Notes under the pieces: model-generated | The model's database searches: none | Seen by the model: the letters and a program-made list of their open reading frames with translations, nothing else | What the model was told of the DNA's origin: nothing | Made by a program: the position numbers and the translations under genes | Source of the DNA: an uncultured Gammaproteobacteria bacterium | GTDB lineage: Bacteria > Pseudomonadota > Gammaproteobacteria > UBA9214 | Reading direction: 5' to 3' | Assembly: GCA_963773065.1 (NCBI GenBank) | Contig: CAVYZN010000028.1 | Location: forward strand, 67,117 to 131,116 | DNA: 64,000 nt | In this document: positions 34,188 to 45,966 of the stretch, one piece after another | Numbering within the stretch: position 1 is the first letter of the stretch | How the letters are laid out: every line of letters starts with the position of its first letter

Positions 34188-37100
34188 TTAGTTTCTGGTC
34201 ACCGTCACCGGCGTCGTCGGCGTCCATGCACTGGAGCCCAGGACATTGTTTGCCCGGACCTGCATGTAAACCAACGTGCCCGCGGTGCCAGCCACATTGA
34301 TCTGCTGACCTGAGAGCACATTGTTGGCCTGGGTCGCCGGGGTCATCGTCAGGCTATTTGACCAGAGAACGCTGTAGCTGGTCGCGCCCGCCACCGCGGT
34401 CCAGGTCAGACCCGCCGTCCTTTGTCCGCCGGGTGTACCGTTGACCCCGGTCACGTTGGTCGGAGCTGCTGGGATGGCCACGGCTATGGGCGCCGAGGTC
34501 ACGAAGGCAGACAAACCCTTGCCATTCACCGCCGCCACTCGATAAGTGTAGGTGTTACCCAGCACCACGGTGGGGTCAGGGAAGGTCACGTTCCCGGTGT
34601 TGGTGCGCGCCGGGGCAGTGCCGATCTGGATGAAGGTCCCGCCGTTCGAGGAACGTTGGATGACGAAGCCGTTCTCGTTGGTTGCGTTGTCCACCCAGGT
34701 CAGGTTGACCCGCGGCCCGGTCGCCAGGGAGGCGGTCAGGTTCGTCGGAGCTGCCGGCAGGGCAGCGTTGCCACTGTAGACGACAGGGGCGGACACCGAC
34801 TGGACGCTCAGGCTCGGGAACTCACCACCGTAGCCAACGGTGTTGACCGCTGCCACGCGGTAGCCATAGACCGGTCCCGGGTTGCCACTCACCCCGCTGT
34901 TGTTCAGGGCGAGGAGGTCTCCCTTCGTGTTCGCACTATCGAGTGCCCTTGCAATCGGTGTTCCGACGTCCGTCCACGTCGTGCTGTCCGCGGTCCGTTG
35001 CAGATGGAACGAGGTCTCCGTGAGGGAATCGTCATTGAATGCCACCGTCACCGTGCTGCCGCTCTTCGAGAGGACCGGGTTGATCGGCGGTTTCGGCGGA
35101 AGCGCCAAAGAGACCGGCCGCATCATGTCCATTTCCTCATGGCTCAGGATATGGCAGTGCCAGACGTACTCCCAGCCGAAGTTGACGAGCTGGTTGGTGA
35201 TCGGCGCCGTAGGGTTTCCGCCAGCGTCCGCGTTGTTGAAGCCGAAGTTAGACCCGATGGGCATGGCCGGGTTCAGCGTCCGGATGCTGTTAGGCACTTC
35301 CCACGGGACCTGCGGGATGACGGGCCTGAGGGCCACGATGGTGTCCTCGAGCGGGCTCACGCGCACGGTGTCCTTCCAGCCCAGCTCCGAGGCTTCCGGC
35401 GGGATGATGATGTTGTCCCACGTCACCCGGTTGAGCAACTGCACGTCGAACAGGTGAAAGTGGATCGGATGGGTATCCACGCCGTTGTGGGTGATCTTCC
35501 AGATCTGAGTCCCGTCGTCCGCCCTGGCGATCGGGGTCACATCCAGGTTGGCGGCCGGCAGGTTGGTGCCGTCGATGAGCTCCGTCTGCGGGTTGATGTA
35601 GGGGTACAGGACGATGTTCTGCGCCGCCGGGGTGGCCGGAACGGCCTCGAGGCCCATGTTCGCCGTCATCCGCCCGAACTCGTCGAAGGCCGCCGAGTTC
35701 ATCTCGTCGTGGGTCGCCTTGGGTTGGAGCGGGATGTCCAGCTTGGCCGTGTTACCCGAGAGCAGGGTGTTAAAGCCGAACAGGTCCCCACCCTGATCCG
35801 AGATCCGGGCGAACCCGTCGCACAGATTGCCACCGCTGGGGCCGTTGCACCAACTGCTCGCGGCGAAGCCAGTGCCGTATGCCGAGTTGTAGGCCGCCTG
35901 CCCGACGATGATCGGGTGCTGGCCTTCCTCGAACACGCCGGTCCCGTCTGCTTTGTGCCGGAAGGCGGTTTGTAGTTTGCTCAGGTTGAACGGACCGGCC
36001 GGAGCGCCAACAACCTTGATCTGCATGATTGTGCGGGTGTTGGGGCCGTAGCCAGGCAGGATAGTCGGTGCGCCGACCGGGGACAGATCCGGTGCACCCG
36101 TGTAGTAGTCGTAGCTGGAGACCCGTGCCGGGAAGGCGGCAGGCGAGTCGTTATACAGGATCAGCGTCTTGCCCGCGTAGGCCGAGAAGTCGACGATCAC
36201 GTCCGCCCGCTCGGCGGGCGCCAACAGCAGCGAGTGCTTGTCCACGTTCCCGACGTCGAAACGGGTCGGGTCGATGATCCAGGTGGTTGGCTGGGGAGGG
36301 ACGACCGTGGGCGCGGGCAGGAAGCCGCCCTCGGTCCCGATCTGGATCCAACTCGGCCCGGGCGGGCTGACGCTGGTGTCCGGCGTCGGGACGATGTTCG
36401 GGTCGGTCTGGGCGGCCGCCAGTTCGGCTGGATTGAATGCGACCTCGCTGTCGATTCCTCCGTCGCTCGGATCGGCCACATACAGCGACAAGTTCCAGAA
36501 ACGGTCGTTGGCCGCGTTCAGGACACGCAGGCGGTAAGACTTCGGCTGCACCGTGAGCGTGGGATAGGCGGTCCCGTTCACCAGCGGCGTGTCGTTGAAC
36601 TGTTCCATCCCGGTGGAGATGTTGGGCGTGCCCGGGATGTACGCCGGCTCGCAGAACGGGTCGGTCTGATACTGCCAGGTGCTCGGGTTGTCCAGGTTGC
36701 AGGGCACCGCCAAGGCTGCTGAGAAGGGCGGAACCGCATTTGGGTCCATGTTGTAGTACGGGTTGGCGATGGGCCCGTACGGCGGCGTCGCCGGCGGCCA
36801 GAACCAGGGCCCGTACATCCAGCGACCGAAGGCGCTCATGCCCGACGGATCGCCCGGATTCTGGGCCGGCATGTAGACGTGGTGGTACCAGAAGTTGCCG
36901 TAGCCGCCCCAGCGAGCTGCGTCCCAGGTCGGGTCCGCCTCGGTGAGCTGCGCAACGTCAGGCACGAAGGTCCGGTCCTGAATGACGAGCGGGATCTGCT
37001 CCGCGGGGATGGTCCCGCTGCCGACCAGCTTCTGCTCGGTCGCGTCGGAGATCAGGAAGCCGGCGGCCTCGCCCAGGTACACGTTGAGGCGGGTCACACC

Positions 37101-39020
37101 AAAAGCGTGGTCGTGATAGAACAGCAACCGCGCGGATTCCTGGTTGGTGTAGTAGAACGTCTGGCAGCCGTCGGCTTCGCCCGAACAATCGGGCACGCCG
37201 GCGACGGCGGACATGTCAGGGACGCTCCCCACGGCATCGCCCTGGTGCCAAGGGGTCGGTGGTTTCGTCGGCCGGGGTGATCCACTGGTGCGGGGTACCG
37301 TCGCTGATCCAGGGGCTGGTCCCGCCGTGCAGGTGCAGCGTGGCGCGGTTGTCCTTGAAGCAGTTATCGCCCTTCGGGTACTCGGTGCACACCGGGTTGC
37401 GCACCTCATCCATGACGGTTTGGGAATTGACCGGCGCCGCCTCGGGGATCGGGCCAAAGCCCGCACCCATCAGCGTGGAGTCCGTGGGGATGTACAGGTC
37501 CCCACCGCTGCCGGTGGGCAGAAGGTTGTAGAACGTGATTCGGACCGGCCGGTTCTTCTGCGCCGCGATGACCGGGCCCAGGTAGTGCGGATCGTCCACG
37601 CCCAGGGCCTGGATTGCCGTTGATCATGACCGGGTCGCAGCCGGTGCCGTCGAGTCTCTCGTTACAGAGGGCGATGTGCTTGCTCCAGGAGGCATTGGCC
37701 GGGGTCTCGAGCTGCACGTATTCGCGCAGCAGGGTCCCTTCCAAAGGCAGCGAAGAACTCATCCGCTCGCGGTGCTGGACGACCGCGATCACGTAATAAT
37801 CCGCGGCAGGCGTCGGCGGCGTCGTCGTGAGGTTCTCCGGGAACGTCGTGGTGTCGGGCACCGCCAGCGGGATGTACTGTCCCAGGTTGTTCGGGCAGCG
37901 GCGCAACTCCCTGCGACGGAGGGGTTGCACAGGCCCGGCAAGGTATCCTGGAACTTCTTGATGCCCCCGCGGTGATATAGCCGGAGCCCGGAGCGGTGAG
38001 GTTGATCGCGGTGACCAGGCCGGCGTTGAAGGTGGCCGTGGCCAACGCCCCGGCACCAATGCCGGGCGACGTGTCATTGATAGCTACCGACGGGGCGCTG
38101 GTGTAGCCGGCGCCGAAGGTATCCAAGGCGACGGTCTGGATTTCAAGCGTGGCCGTGGCGGCGGCGCCGGACCCGCCGGGGGCCGGGTCGTAAATCGTAC
38201 CGTTACGGATCACGACGTTCGGCGCGTACGAGTAGCCGGAGCCCGGCTGGTCCACGACGATTGCGGTGATGGCGCCGGTCGGGCCACACACGGGGCCACC
38301 GTCACACAGGGCATGCGCTACGGCCTTCACGCCGTCCGCTCCATCCGGCATGTCGAAATCGACCGTTGGATTCGTGTAGCCGCTCCCTTGTGTGGCGAGC
38401 GGGACCGCGACCGCGTTGACGCCGCCGTACGCGGTTGCCGTGGCTTGCGTGGTCGCGCCGCCGCCCGAGATCGTGACCAGCGGGGCGGTGTAGCCCGCGC
38501 CGCCGGCAGCGACGGTGATGGCGGTGACTGCATTCGACGGGGTGACCACGGCGTCCGCCGTGGCGCCCGTGCCGGGGCCAGTGAAACCGACCGTCGCAGC
38601 CGTGTAGCCGCTGCCCGGATTCGTTATGGTGACGCCGGTCACGGCGCCGTTCGCACCGACCGTTGCCGAGGCCGTGGCGCCCGTACCGTCGCCAGTGATC
38701 GTCACGCCAACATCAGGAAGCGTGAACGGGCTATTCACCCAGTTCGGGAAGGGCCCGAAGTAGTGCGGGACCTTCGTTTGGTCCACGGGCGAGGTGGGCG
38801 CCGCCTGGGTAATGGCTGCGGCAGCAGCCTTTAGCGCGGCCTTCTTTCCGGACTTGGTGAGAACCGGCTTGTTCGGATTATCTCCTGGCGCCGCTACGCC
38901 CTGCCCTACTACTCCCACGCCAAACGCAATCATGGCCGCCAGTATCAGGTGCGTCCATCTCGGGCGCGTGCGCCGCGTCATGTTCGGTGGCAATTCGATC
39001 ATCATCTTTATGGTCTTCAT
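34188..39020 (-). CDS. Large secreted multicopper oxidase with N-terminal G(S/A)GY repeats and C-terminal Fn3 domains (MofA/OmpB-like); frameshifts near 37250, 37610 and 37900-37970
   Basis: All four copper motifs: HLHGG, YHDH, HPIHFH, WHCHILSHEEMDMM; Fn3 (W.DNA.NE.GF.IQR, YTYRVAAVN); signal peptide. Confidence 0.85.
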
Positions 39021-39198
39021 GGTATCTTGTCCTTTGTTTTCAGTATTCTGGATCAGCCGTTGGATTCGCCGAGGGGCCAGGCCGCCGCTACTCCCCAGGC
39101 TTACGTCGCTAAATTCTTTTCCATCTCTAGTGTTCATCCCAGTCAGTGGTTTGATTATTGGTTCGAAACTACTGACTACGTAAGCTTTGATAAAGTCG

Positions 39199-39214
39199 TG
39201 CAATACTCACGCCA
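39199..39214 (-). promoter_or_regulatory. Sigma54 (-24/-12) promoter of the multicopper oxidase gene
   Basis: Minus strand TGGCGTGAGTATTGCA, exact GG-N10-GC spacing. Confidence 0.65.
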
Positions 39215-39278
39215 CTATTTATACCTGTATGAAAACAATTACTTATTAATATATACGTGAAAATACCTAGTAGCGATC

Positions 39279-39387
39279 TGTTAGGAAACTCGACATGATC
39301 AATTCATCAAGAATGCTATTTTAGATCAGTATTACAGATAGATAACTTCGGTTGCTTAGGTAATCAATCATGTAAACGATTCCGACA
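39279..39387. promoter_or_regulatory. Two TGT-N11-ACA enhancer-like boxes
   Basis: TGTTAGGAAACTCGACA (39279-39295) and TGTAAACGATTCCGACA (39371-39387) in an AT-rich region upstream of the sigma54 site. Confidence 0.6.
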
Positions 39388-39651
39388 CTATCTGAAATCG
39401 CTGACGTTATACTGCTTATGTCTGATTATGCCTGAATCGAAAAATCATCATCCTTAATATATAGCCTCCTGGCACTGGCCGAAGATTTATGACCGCTCGC
39501 ACTGACGGCGCGGTGGTGAGGCGCACTGGCCAGGTGCGGACATGGCCGGATACGATACGTGCACGACGCCCCCGTCCTCTGCTAATCTTCCAGCAGGTAT
39601 GATTTTTCGGAGCCGGTGGGATATCGGCCCGGCATCCTGGGAGGATTTCCA

Positions 39652-40080
39652 ATGCAGACGATCAGGCAAGTACTGGAGGATAAAGGCTACGAAGTCTTTT
39701 CCATCGGCCCCGGGGCATCCGTTTACAGCGCGATCGAACTCATGGCCGAGAACGGGATCGGCGCCCTCATGGTCATCGAGGGGACCAGGACCGTGGGACT
39801 GATCTCGGAGCGGGACTATGCGCGCAAGGTGATACTCAAGGGGCGCTCATCGAAAGACACGGAGGTGAGGGAGGTCATGACCACACGCGTCGTCTGCGCC
39901 CACCCGGAGCAGACGGTCGAGGAATGCATGGCCCTGATGACGGAGAAACGGGTCAGGCACCTGCCGGTGATGGAAGACGACCGGCTGGTGGGCATAATCT
40001 CCATCGGAGATCTCGTCAGGTCCATCATCGCCGAACAACAATTCATCATCGAACAACTGGAACATTACATCAGCGGATAG
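39652..40080 (+). CDS. Tandem CBS-domain protein
   Basis: GLISERDYARKVIL, MTEKRVRHLPV, GIISIGDLV, QLEHYISG; GGAGG RBS. Confidence 0.92.
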   Translation: MQTIRQVLEDKGYEVFSIGPGASVYSAIELMAENGIGALMVIEGTRTVGLISERDYARKVILKGRSSKDTEVREVMTTRVVCAHPEQTVEECMALMTEKRVRHLPVMEDDRLVGIISIGDLVRSIIAEQQFIIEQLEHYISG

Positions 40081-40150
40081 CCCCAGGTTTATCATCGGCG
40101 CCTTGGCAGGCATGAATCATCTACCCCGACAGGCAGGAGGAGATGAAGCA

Positions 40151-40522
40151 ATGAGCAAGACTACCCTCTATGAACGTCTTGGCGGCTATGACGCCATCTG
40201 TGCGGTCGCCAACGATCTGTTGCCGCGCCTGCAGGCGGATGCGCAACTGGCGCGCTTCTGGCGGCATCGCGGCGAGGATGGCCTAAAACGGGAAAAGCAG
40301 TTGCTGATCGATTTTCTCTGTAACAGCGCCGGTGGCCACTTGTACTACACCGGACGCGACATGAAGACCTCCCATCAGGGAATGAAAATCAGCGACGGCG
40401 ATTGGTCGGCGTTTCTGGGGCACCTCAAAGCCACGCTGGAAACCTTTCGGGTTCCACCGGCCGAGCGTGACGAGGTCGTCGCATTCATACAAAGCACGAA
40501 ATCCAACATCGTCGATGCCTAG
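40151..40522 (+). CDS. Group 1 truncated hemoglobin
   Basis: TLYERLGGYDAI, GG..YTGRDMKTSH.GM. Confidence 0.9.
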   Translation: MSKTTLYERLGGYDAICAVANDLLPRLQADAQLARFWRHRGEDGLKREKQLLIDFLCNSAGGHLYYTGRDMKTSHQGMKISDGDWSAFLGHLKATLETFRVPPAERDEVVAFIQSTKSNIVDA

Positions 40523-40589
40523 CCCGCATTCGTTGTCATTACCGCTTCGGGGCGCGGCCGGTACGGCCTGACGGGCCAGGGTCGGACCA

Positions 40590-41429
40590 TCATCGTCCCT
40601 CTGCAACGACCAGGTGGTTCATATAGTCGACCAACCGGTTGCGCGCATCCGGGTAGCCGGTCGTGCCGCCATGCGATCCATCGGGGAAGATCCAGATTGA
40701 TTTCGGCTCTCGCGCCTGCTCATACAACAATCGGGCGTGGTGAACCGGAACCACCTGATCCTGCTCGCCGTGCATGATGAGCAGAGGTATGGGCGCCACT
40801 TCGCGCACGTCGGACAACGGACTGTACTCGTCGTCGATGGTCAGCGATAACGGCCACTGGAGCGGCCAGGTCAGCCAGAACCCGGCGAGTTTCTCGCGGG
40901 CAATCAACCGGTAGTCGGCAAATGCGCAATCCACGATGAGGCCCTTGATATGCGTCCGGTACGCGCTGTGAGCGACAGCCCCGATGGCCAGGGCGCCTCC
41001 CAGACTCTGCCCGAAAACGATGACCGGCTCTCCGTAGCGTTCGCGCTGTTGCACCATGAAGCCCAGCGCGGCCTCGACGTCGCTTAGCGCACCGGCGATA
41101 CTCGGCACCCCTTCCGACTGTCCATAGCCCTGATAGTCGAATAGCAATACATTGAACCCGCGTTCCGGCAGCCAATAGACACTGCCGATATGGGTACTGA
41201 TGTTCTCGGCGTTGCCGTGCAGAAACAACACCGTTGCCCTGGCATGCCCGACGGCAGGCAAATACCAACCGTGCAATTTCTGATTATTTCCGCCGGTAAA
41301 ATAGACATCTTCATAGGCCAGCCCGATGTCGGCGGGAGTGCGTACCTGCTGTTTCATCGGGAAAAAGAACAACTGCGTGCAGCCCGCGATAGCCGCACAC
41401 AACACCAGGATCAGGCAGCGCACCGTCAA
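40590..41429 (-). CDS. Alpha/beta-hydrolase lipoprotein
   Basis: Lipobox IAGC; FLHGNAENIS, DYQGYGQSEG, GQSLGG, HGEQDQVV. Confidence 0.88.
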   Translation of the reverse strand: MTVRCLILVLCAAIAGCTQLFFFPMKQQVRTPADIGLAYEDVYFTGGNNQKLHGWYLPAVGHARATVLFLHGNAENISTHIGSVYWLPERGFNVLLFDYQGYGQSEGVPSIAGALSDVEAALGFMVQQRERYGEPVIVFGQSLGGALAIGAVAHSAYRTHIKGLIVDCAFADYRLIAREKLAGFWLTWPLQWPLSLTIDDEYSPLSDVREVAPIPLLIMHGEQDQVVPVHHARLLYEQAREPKSIWIFPDGSHGGTTGYPDARNRLVDYMNHLVVAEGR

Positions 41430-43346
41430 AAGAAATAACTCCAGGAAAGCGAACCGGACCGGCGCGTTTCCGAGGCGGCCTGCTCACTCTTGAGCGCGAA
41501 GGCGAGCATGTTGCGGGGATTGAGGTAGAGGCGCTGTTCCAGCGCTACGGCACGCCATGTGTAGGTGTCACCGATGCCAAAGCGCAGGTAATCGCCCCGC
41601 AGGCCCAGACTCCAGGCGGGATTGAAATTCAGGGTGAGCCCGCCTTCCACTCCGGCGCCCGCGGCATAGCCTCTGTCAAGGTCGCCGTTGGCGTCCAGCG
41701 CGGCCTTGCCCAGTACAAATAACAGATTGCGCTCGCCCGGCTGTCTGGTGGCGCCGGCGCCTCCCTGGAGTTGAAATGTCAGCTCGCCGGTGTTGGCCGC
41801 CTGGGTCGTCGGGAGGCGCGCCCACCCCGCCCGCACCATCCATGAGGTGGGGCGGAAAAAACGGTCGCGCGGCGACAGCGAGAGGATGTCGACGAGCGTG
41901 GCGTCATCGACCACGAGGCGGTGGTTATCGGAAAAGTATTTGAGTGTCAGGTCCAGAAAATTGATCTGCGCGCCATCGACATACCCATCGGGCGAGTCCA
42001 GCAATTCGTGATAGGCGGGCCGCGCCCGGAACGATAAAAAGGGCCGGTTCGATTCCTTGCCGGCACCCACGGCGACCAACGCGGTGGGATGACCCTGATC
42101 GGGCCTGACCTCCGGGGTCGGGACGGGGCCGCCGGGGTCGGGCGCGGCAAACCGGCTGCGCGCCTGCAGCAATTGCAGCGACAAGGGCGCCGAGTCCTCA
42201 CGCGTTCGCCTTCCCGCCAGATACTCATACTGGAGGTAATCATAGGCAACGTCGATGACACCGGCCGCTATCGGCATCCGTTAAGTCCGTAACCGCGGGT
42301 CTTCCAACGCCACGTTCCGATCCGCAAGCCCCTTTGCCAGCGGCTGCAGCGGGGATGCAAGGGATGACGCGCCGTGGCGCAGGCGCGTGCTGGCGGCCGG
42401 ACGATACGTGACCTGTTCAACCAATCCGCGCTCCTTAATGACCCGGATCGTGTCAACCGGGATGACATACACCGTGAATTCCTCCGCCAGGCCGAGACTG
42501 GGTCGGGCGACATCCAGCAAGGTGAGCAGTTCATAGGAGCAGTTCTCGTCGAAGAAATAGTAATCGAAATGGATACCGCGCAATTCCCACACATGCATCA
42601 ACAGACGCCGGACTTCCTCGGGACTCAGCCGCAACTGATATTCCCAGATATCCCGGTTCTCCAGATCGGAATACTCTCTTACCTTCTTGTAATAGGGTGA
42701 AATGGAATAATAACCCGGGTAAACGCCGGTAAGTCCCTTGACGGCGAACAGCAGCCCGCCATCGTTGCCGGTGGTGGCTCCGTAGTTGATGGCATAGGCC
42801 AGCAGACGTGTCTTCTCCGTCTGATCGGGTGCGTCAATTCGCATCAGGGTATGGCCGAACATCGAGGAAGGATTGTTCATGTAGGCCGTGGGAAAAATCA
42901 GCGTCACGCCAGCGGGGTTGATGCGCCGGTACCAGTTCCAGAAGCGCTCGCAGGGTTGCTGGGGCAGGCGTTGCGCGTCGAAATCCAGTTTCTCCTTCAA
43001 CCAGGTCGTAGCGCGCCACGAACGCGCATTGCGGGTGTTCTTGCTTTGCGCTCGATACTTCCTCCGCAAAGAAGCCGGCGAGCGTCGCATCGAGTTCTCG
43101 CTGCGGGTCGACGGCTCCCCGCGGATCATTGAAAAACAGCGGATCATCCGCCTCGCTGGTGACGCCGGTTCCGAGTCTATCGACTCGATAATGCACCAGG
43201 GCATGCCACTGCGGGTCGTTGGAGAGGCCCAGCTCCCGGGCATGCGCCATCAATTCCGCCAGATAGGCGTCATCCCTTGCGTGGGCCGGCCAACTGATGA
43301 TAACGGCCGCCAGAAATACCAGTATCGGCATCGATGAATAAGCCAA
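41426..43346 (-). CDS. DUF4105 (Lnb-like N-domain) protein with C-terminal beta-strand domain; frameshifts near 43010 and 42280
   Basis: NNPSSMFGHTL, YSDLENRDIWEY, YYFFDENCS, P.DT, RPAYH.LLD..GY; ends WSYFF. Confidence 0.85.
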
Positions 43347-43355
43347 TGGAGACTC

Positions 43356-43392
43356 AAAAAAAAACCCCCAACGGCGTAGCGTTGGAGGTTTT
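43356..43392 (-). terminator. Probable terminator or attenuator between DUF3015 and DUF4105 genes
   Basis: aaaacc(c)ccaacg...cgttgg(a)ggtttt hairpin with long T-run on minus strand. Confidence 0.55.
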
Positions 43393-43414
43393 GTTATTTT
43401 ACGGATTTGTCGTT

Positions 43415-43903
43415 TTATGTTCTTACATACTGCGCCAGTTTCTCATCCTTGGCCATGACCGTGTAAATCGAATTCAGGACATCGGCGGCAGTGACATTCG
43501 CGGATGGGAAGATGAGCGCATAATTTTCCTTCGTGACGGAGAAAAACCCGGCCTTGTCGGATTCCCTGATCCCCATGGCCGTGGCCAGTGACTCGAGGGA
43601 CTCCCCCTGCCCCATGGCGATGTCATGCGCCAGCGAATCCAGATTCGCGCCGACGAACATGGGCACGCGCGCGGAGGCGACTACCGTTCCGTCCGGATCG
43701 CAACCCGAAGTCCCGGATGAAATGCCGAAAGTCTGGTTGCCAAAGGTACCGTTGGTGGTTGCCGCCAGAACCTGCGGAGCTACCCCGGATTGCTTGTCGA
43801 ATACCTGCGATCCCAGGCCACAGCCAACGCTGTTCGGAGGATTTGCCAAGGCGGCGGATAACGGTGCAAGCAGGATCACGGTGAGTATCGTTTTCTTCAT
43901 CAA
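43415..43903 (-). CDS. DUF3015 family secreted protein
   Basis: GCGLG, LAATTNGTFGNQTFGISSGTSGC, DIAMGQGESL. Confidence 0.9.
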   Translation of the reverse strand: MMKKTILTVILLAPLSAALANPPNSVGCGLGSQVFDKQSGVAPQVLAATTNGTFGNQTFGISSGTSGCDPDGTVVASARVPMFVGANLDSLAHDIAMGQGESLESLATAMGIRESDKAGFFSVTKENYALIFPSANVTAADVLNSIYTVMAKDEKLAQYVRT

Positions 43904-44160
43904 CTATCTCCCTATTGGTTTTTCCCAAGAAATACGCCACACAGTCGGCTCATACCATTCAAGGACAGATGCCCCGCATCGACTGCATTTCATCCCGTCC
44001 TTGACAGCCGGCCGAAGGCTAACACAAGTTGAGATCGCAGGGTATACGTTTTGTTGTGATAACCCTCGCTCGGCAAAGCCTATACAGACCAAGGACGACT
44101 CCCGACGAATTCTGCGATAATGCACACACGAACGACGAACCCTTGCCGGTTTATTGATCC

Positions 44161-45966
44161 ATGCCCGAAAGCACGTCCCTTTTACTTCAGGATTCCACGG
44201 CCGTGACGCACCCGGAATCGCCGGCGACGGGTTACACCTGGCGCTGGGTGCTGGAGCGGGTACTGATCCACCGGCGCGAACTGCTGCTGGCCCATGGGGT
44301 GGCGGTGGCGGGAGTGATCGCCGCGGTGCCGATCCCCCTGGTGATGCCGCTGCTGGTCGATGAGGTGTTGCTGCACAAGCCGGGCGCGTTGGTGGGAACG
44401 ATGAACGCGGTATTCCCGGCAGGCTGGCACGGACCGGTGCTCTATATCCTGACCGGCCTGGTGGCGACGCTGCTGCTGCGCGCCGCCTCGATCGTGCTCA
44501 GCGTCTGGCAGACGCGCGAGTTCGCCCTGATCGCCAAGGATGTGGTCTATAACATACGCCGGGCGCTGCTCATGCGCCTGTCGCGCATCTCCATGGCCGA
44601 ATACGAGACGCTCGGCTCCGGCGCCGTGGCCTCGCGCTTCGTGACCGACCTCAACTCGGTCGATCAGTTCGTCGGCGCCTCGGTGAGCAAGACGCTGGTG
44701 GCGGCGCTGCTGCTGGTGGGCGTCAGCGTGGTGCTGCTGTGGATGCACTGGCAACTGGCGCTGGTGATCCTGTGCATGAACCCGCTGGTCATCTACTTCA
44801 CCGTCGTGGTGGGCAAGAAGGTCAAGACGCTGAAGAAGCGCGAGAACAGCGCCTTCGAGCTCTTCCAGCAGGCGCTGGTGGAGACGCTCGACGGCATCCA
44901 GCAGATCCGCGCGGCGAACCGCGAACGCCACTATCTCCTGCGGGTGATCGACGCGGCGCGCGCCATCCGCACCCATTCCGCGGCGTACTCCTGGAAGAGC
45001 GATGCGGCCGGCCGCTTCTCCTTCGGCATCTTCCAGCTCGGCTTCGACAGCTTCCGCGCGGTCGCGATGCTGATGGTGGTGTTCTCCGATCTGACGGTCG
45101 GGCAGATGATGGCGGTGTTCGGCTATCTGTGGGTCATGCTCACGCCGGTGCAGGAGGTGCTGAACGTGCAGTACGCCTGGTACGCGGCCGGGGCGGCGCT
45201 CGCGCGCGTGAACGGCCTGCTCGCACTGCAACAGGAACCCCGTTATCCCCATGAGACCGATCCGTTCGCCGGCAAGACGACCGTGGGGGTGCGCGTGGAG
45301 CAGGTGAGCTTCGCCTACCGTGCGGGCGAACCCATCCTCAAGCAGGTCTCGCTCGACATCGCCCCCGGCGAGAAGGTGGCGCTGGTGGGCGCGAGCGGCG
45401 GCGGCAAATCCACGCTGGTGCAAGTCATGCTGGGTCTCTATCCGCCGACCGCGGGGCAGCTCTACTTCGATGACGTGCCGGTCACCCGCATCGGGCTTGA
45501 TGTGGTGCGCGACAACGTCGCCGTGGTGCTGCAGCATCCGGCGCTGTTCAACGACAGCGTGCGCAACAACCTGACGCTCGGCGGCGAAGCGGCCGAGGCC
45601 GCGCTCTGGCAGGCGCTCGAGGTCGCGCAGCTCCGCGACGTCGTAGCGGCCATGCCGCAGGGGCTGGACACCGTCGTCGGTCGCGGCGGCGTGCGCCTCT
45701 CCGGCGGCCAGCAGCAGCGCCTCGCCATCGCGCGCATGCTGCTCACCGACCCAAAAGTGATCATCCTGGACGAGGCCACCTCGGCGCTCGACACCGAGAC
45801 CGAGGCGCGGCTGCATGCGGCGCTGCGTCGCCATCTGGCCGGGCGCACCCTGCTCATCGTCGCGCACCGCCTCTCCGCCGTGCGGCAGGCCGATCGCGTG
45901 TACGTGTTCGAGGACGGGCAGATCGCCGAGGAAGGCAACCACGCGGAACTGATGCAGGCAACCTGA
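44161..45966 (+). CDS. ABC transporter permease/ATP-binding protein, 3' end interrupted by IS1634
   Basis: TM domain; GASGGGKST, LSGGQQQR, LDEATSALD, AHRLS. The lost tail KGLYASLYRGAQH* lies at 47988-48029. Confidence 0.9.
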   Translation: MPESTSLLLQDSTAVTHPESPATGYTWRWVLERVLIHRRELLLAHGVAVAGVIAAVPIPLVMPLLVDEVLLHKPGALVGTMNAVFPAGWHGPVLYILTGLVATLLLRAASIVLSVWQTREFALIAKDVVYNIRRALLMRLSRISMAEYETLGSGAVASRFVTDLNSVDQFVGASVSKTLVAALLLVGVSVVLLWMHWQLALVILCMNPLVIYFTVVVGKKVKTLKKRENSAFELFQQALVETLDGIQQIRAANRERHYLLRVIDAARAIRTHSAAYSWKSDAAGRFSFGIFQLGFDSFRAVAMLMVVFSDLTVGQMMAVFGYLWVMLTPVQEVLNVQYAWYAAGAALARVNGLLALQQEPRYPHETDPFAGKTTVGVRVEQVSFAYRAGEPILKQVSLDIAPGEKVALVGASGGGKSTLVQVMLGLYPPTAGQLYFDDVPVTRIGLDVVRDNVAVVLQHPALFNDSVRNNLTLGGEAAEAALWQALEVAQLRDVVAAMPQGLDTVVGRGGVRLSGGQQQRLAIARMLLTDPKVIILDEATSALDTETEARLHAALRRHLAGRTLLIVAHRLSAVRQADRVYVFEDGQIAEEGNHAELMQAT

